From Eledone cirrhosa (lineage: Eukaryota), in NCBI GenBank assembly GCA_964016885.1, contig OZ024743.1, forward strand, positions 169,384,001 through 169,448,000: a stretch of DNA of 64,000 nucleotides, given 5' to 3'. The notes beneath the pieces are model-generated. The model worked only from the letters and a program-made list of their open reading frames with translations. It searched no databases and was not told the origin of the DNA. A program made the translations under genes and the position numbers. Positions 62,086 through 64,000 of this stretch are shown here, in pieces; position 1 is the stretch's first letter; each line of letters begins with the position of its first letter.

Positions 62086-63130
62086 GTAGGAGGTGAGTTT
62101 TATTGTAGCACAATAAAGCAATGCAAATATCGGATAAGTAGCACTCCACAGTTTATAGGGCTGGAGTAGAAATAATATAAGATCAAAAGATGGTTAAAAG
62201 AGTTCCATGTATTTTATTATGCGCATTTCAAAAACAAATATCATCATGGGATGATATTTGCGTTCTCATCAGATAAAATAGGGAGACATGATATGAAGCT
62301 TAAAAAACACTTGCGAGCAGTGAAGGGTTAAATCAACATATGAAAAATAAAGTAAGATGGATATATGAGGTTGGGGGAAAAAAGGAGGGGTTAGGAAAAG
62401 GTAAGGAAAAGGAAAGGAAAAGGAAGAAAGAAAATAAAGGATGACGGGGGAGGAGTATAAGAAGGAAGGATGAGAGAGGAGGAGAAATGGGTGATAGAGA
62501 GAGAGAAATAGTCTTTAAAACTGAGAAAACACTGTCTCACAGAGAGAAATTAAAAAAACCGTTGAAAGATAATAGATAATTTTAAAAGATTTTGAAATTA
62601 AAAGTTAATGAGGTTTATGGATGGTGATGTTTATGATTGAAGAAAAAGGATTAAGAATAGTATTTATTTAACGTTTATATATGTGCGAAAAAAGAATTTA
62701 TTAATATGTATTATTCAAATTAAAATATTAAGGATATAATGTGAATGAAGGAGAGATTAAATGAATTATGAACTTAGAGGAATTAGATAGGGTTTAAGTT
62801 TGTTTTATGTATTGTAATATGTTAAAGTAAATAATAGATTTAATACGAGCACGGAAGGAAAGAAGAAAGGAGAAAATTTAAGGAAGAAAAAAATATATAT
62901 AACGTCAAAAAATATATATGTTTACAAAATTTACTAATGGTAATATTGGTATATATTAAAAAAATATAGTTTGTATGGCCAAGAATATAAGGAAAAGGGA
63001 AAATGCTATAGTGAGTAATAATATGAATTAAGAAGTAATTGAGAAGTAAAAGTTACAGATTAGAAATTAAAAAAGAAAAAAGGAAGAAAGGAAAAAAGGA
63101 TAAAAGAGAAGAAAGAGTGAGCTAGACGTT
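62083..63130 (-). mobile_element. Probable Penelope-like 3' non-coding region
   Basis: Hammerhead plus tail hairpin ending at (TA)n, same layout as 1596-1950. Confidence 0.55.
62210..62280 (-). ncRNA. Minimal type I hammerhead ribozyme
   Basis: UAUUUUAU-CUGAUGA-GAAC-GCAAAUAUCAUC(CCAU)GAUGAUAUUUGU-UUUU-GAAA-UGCGCA-UA-AUAAAAUA; perfect stem I and palindromic stem III. Confidence 0.9.
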
Positions 63131-63175
63131 GGCCGGAGACCGTTGAATTCATACCAGCGTTAATTTTATATAGTG

Positions 63176-63204
63176 CTAGACCACCCGTGACCCGTTGGGT
63201 CACG
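63176..63204 (-). mobile_element. Helitron-type 3' terminus
   Basis: CGTGACCC-AAC-GGGTCACG hairpin, 6 nt, then CTAG. Confidence 0.55.
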
Positions 63205-64000
63205 TTCACTTAATATTCACTTCATATACACTTCATATTCACTTAAAAATAATTTTTAAATAATTGAAATATACACAGACATGTATATAATGTAAAATGA
63301 AACTGGAAGACCCATATATATACGTATATATATATAAATGTGCATGTGTATATGCATATATATATATATATATATGTATGTGTGGGTGTGTATATAAATA
63401 TCTGGCAGTCTGTGATCTATATACACTGGTCATAGACACACACACACACTCACATATATATATACAACACCATCAGCTCTCTCAACACCATCAGCTCTCT
63501 CTCTCTCTCTCTCTCTCTTCCATTCTCCCTCTGTTTATGAAGGTACCCGGAAAAAACTACATCTTGGGAACCCGTGCTTCGATTTACACGAAAGTTGTTT
63601 TATTCCATTTGTATTTCCATTTCAGGGTCAACTTCCTTTCAAAGTATTTTCTCATTATGCGCCCTTTTGGCTGTATTACATTACAGACAAGCAAGCAAGG
63701 AAACAATCATATATATATATGGAATGGTGTGTTGGCTCTACGGAAATGTATATATATATTGGTAAACTGAATAGAAAATGCTGACAAATTGTTCACAGTT
63801 GAAAAATAGTTTAATTAGGAATAAAAGAGTATTAGTAATTGTATTGGTTAGTATTCAGTTGTGGTTTTAAGTTTTTACCGTTTGCGCATTTCTAATGCTT
63901 TTCAAAAATAATTTTGAGATAGAGCGTCCGTGTTGTTAGCTCTGATCTGATTAGTTTTGGGAATTCTACCTGTTTTTATGTTTTAAAAGTGGCTCCAACG

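Overview
AT-rich eukaryotic DNA, probably an octopus or other coleoid cephalopod (inferred from my recognition of the SINE, not checked). I see no host gene; the window is almost entirely decayed transposons. The core (about 13.0-50.4 kb) is a strand-polarised pile of non-LTR retrotransposons joined by (AAT)n tracts that all read AAT on the + strand. It contains about 8 Tx1/L1-clade copies and 7 tRNA-derived SINE copies on the - strand, 4 R4/Dong-type copies on the + strand, and a CRE-like inverted pair. The SINE and Tx1 share their 3' tail. The flanks hold Penelope-like elements with five minimal hammerhead ribozymes from three families, RTE LINEs, and a pseudogenised Rep/Pif1 Helitron with a CTAG|TC head-to-tail junction. 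All boundaries and alignments were read by eye and are approximate.
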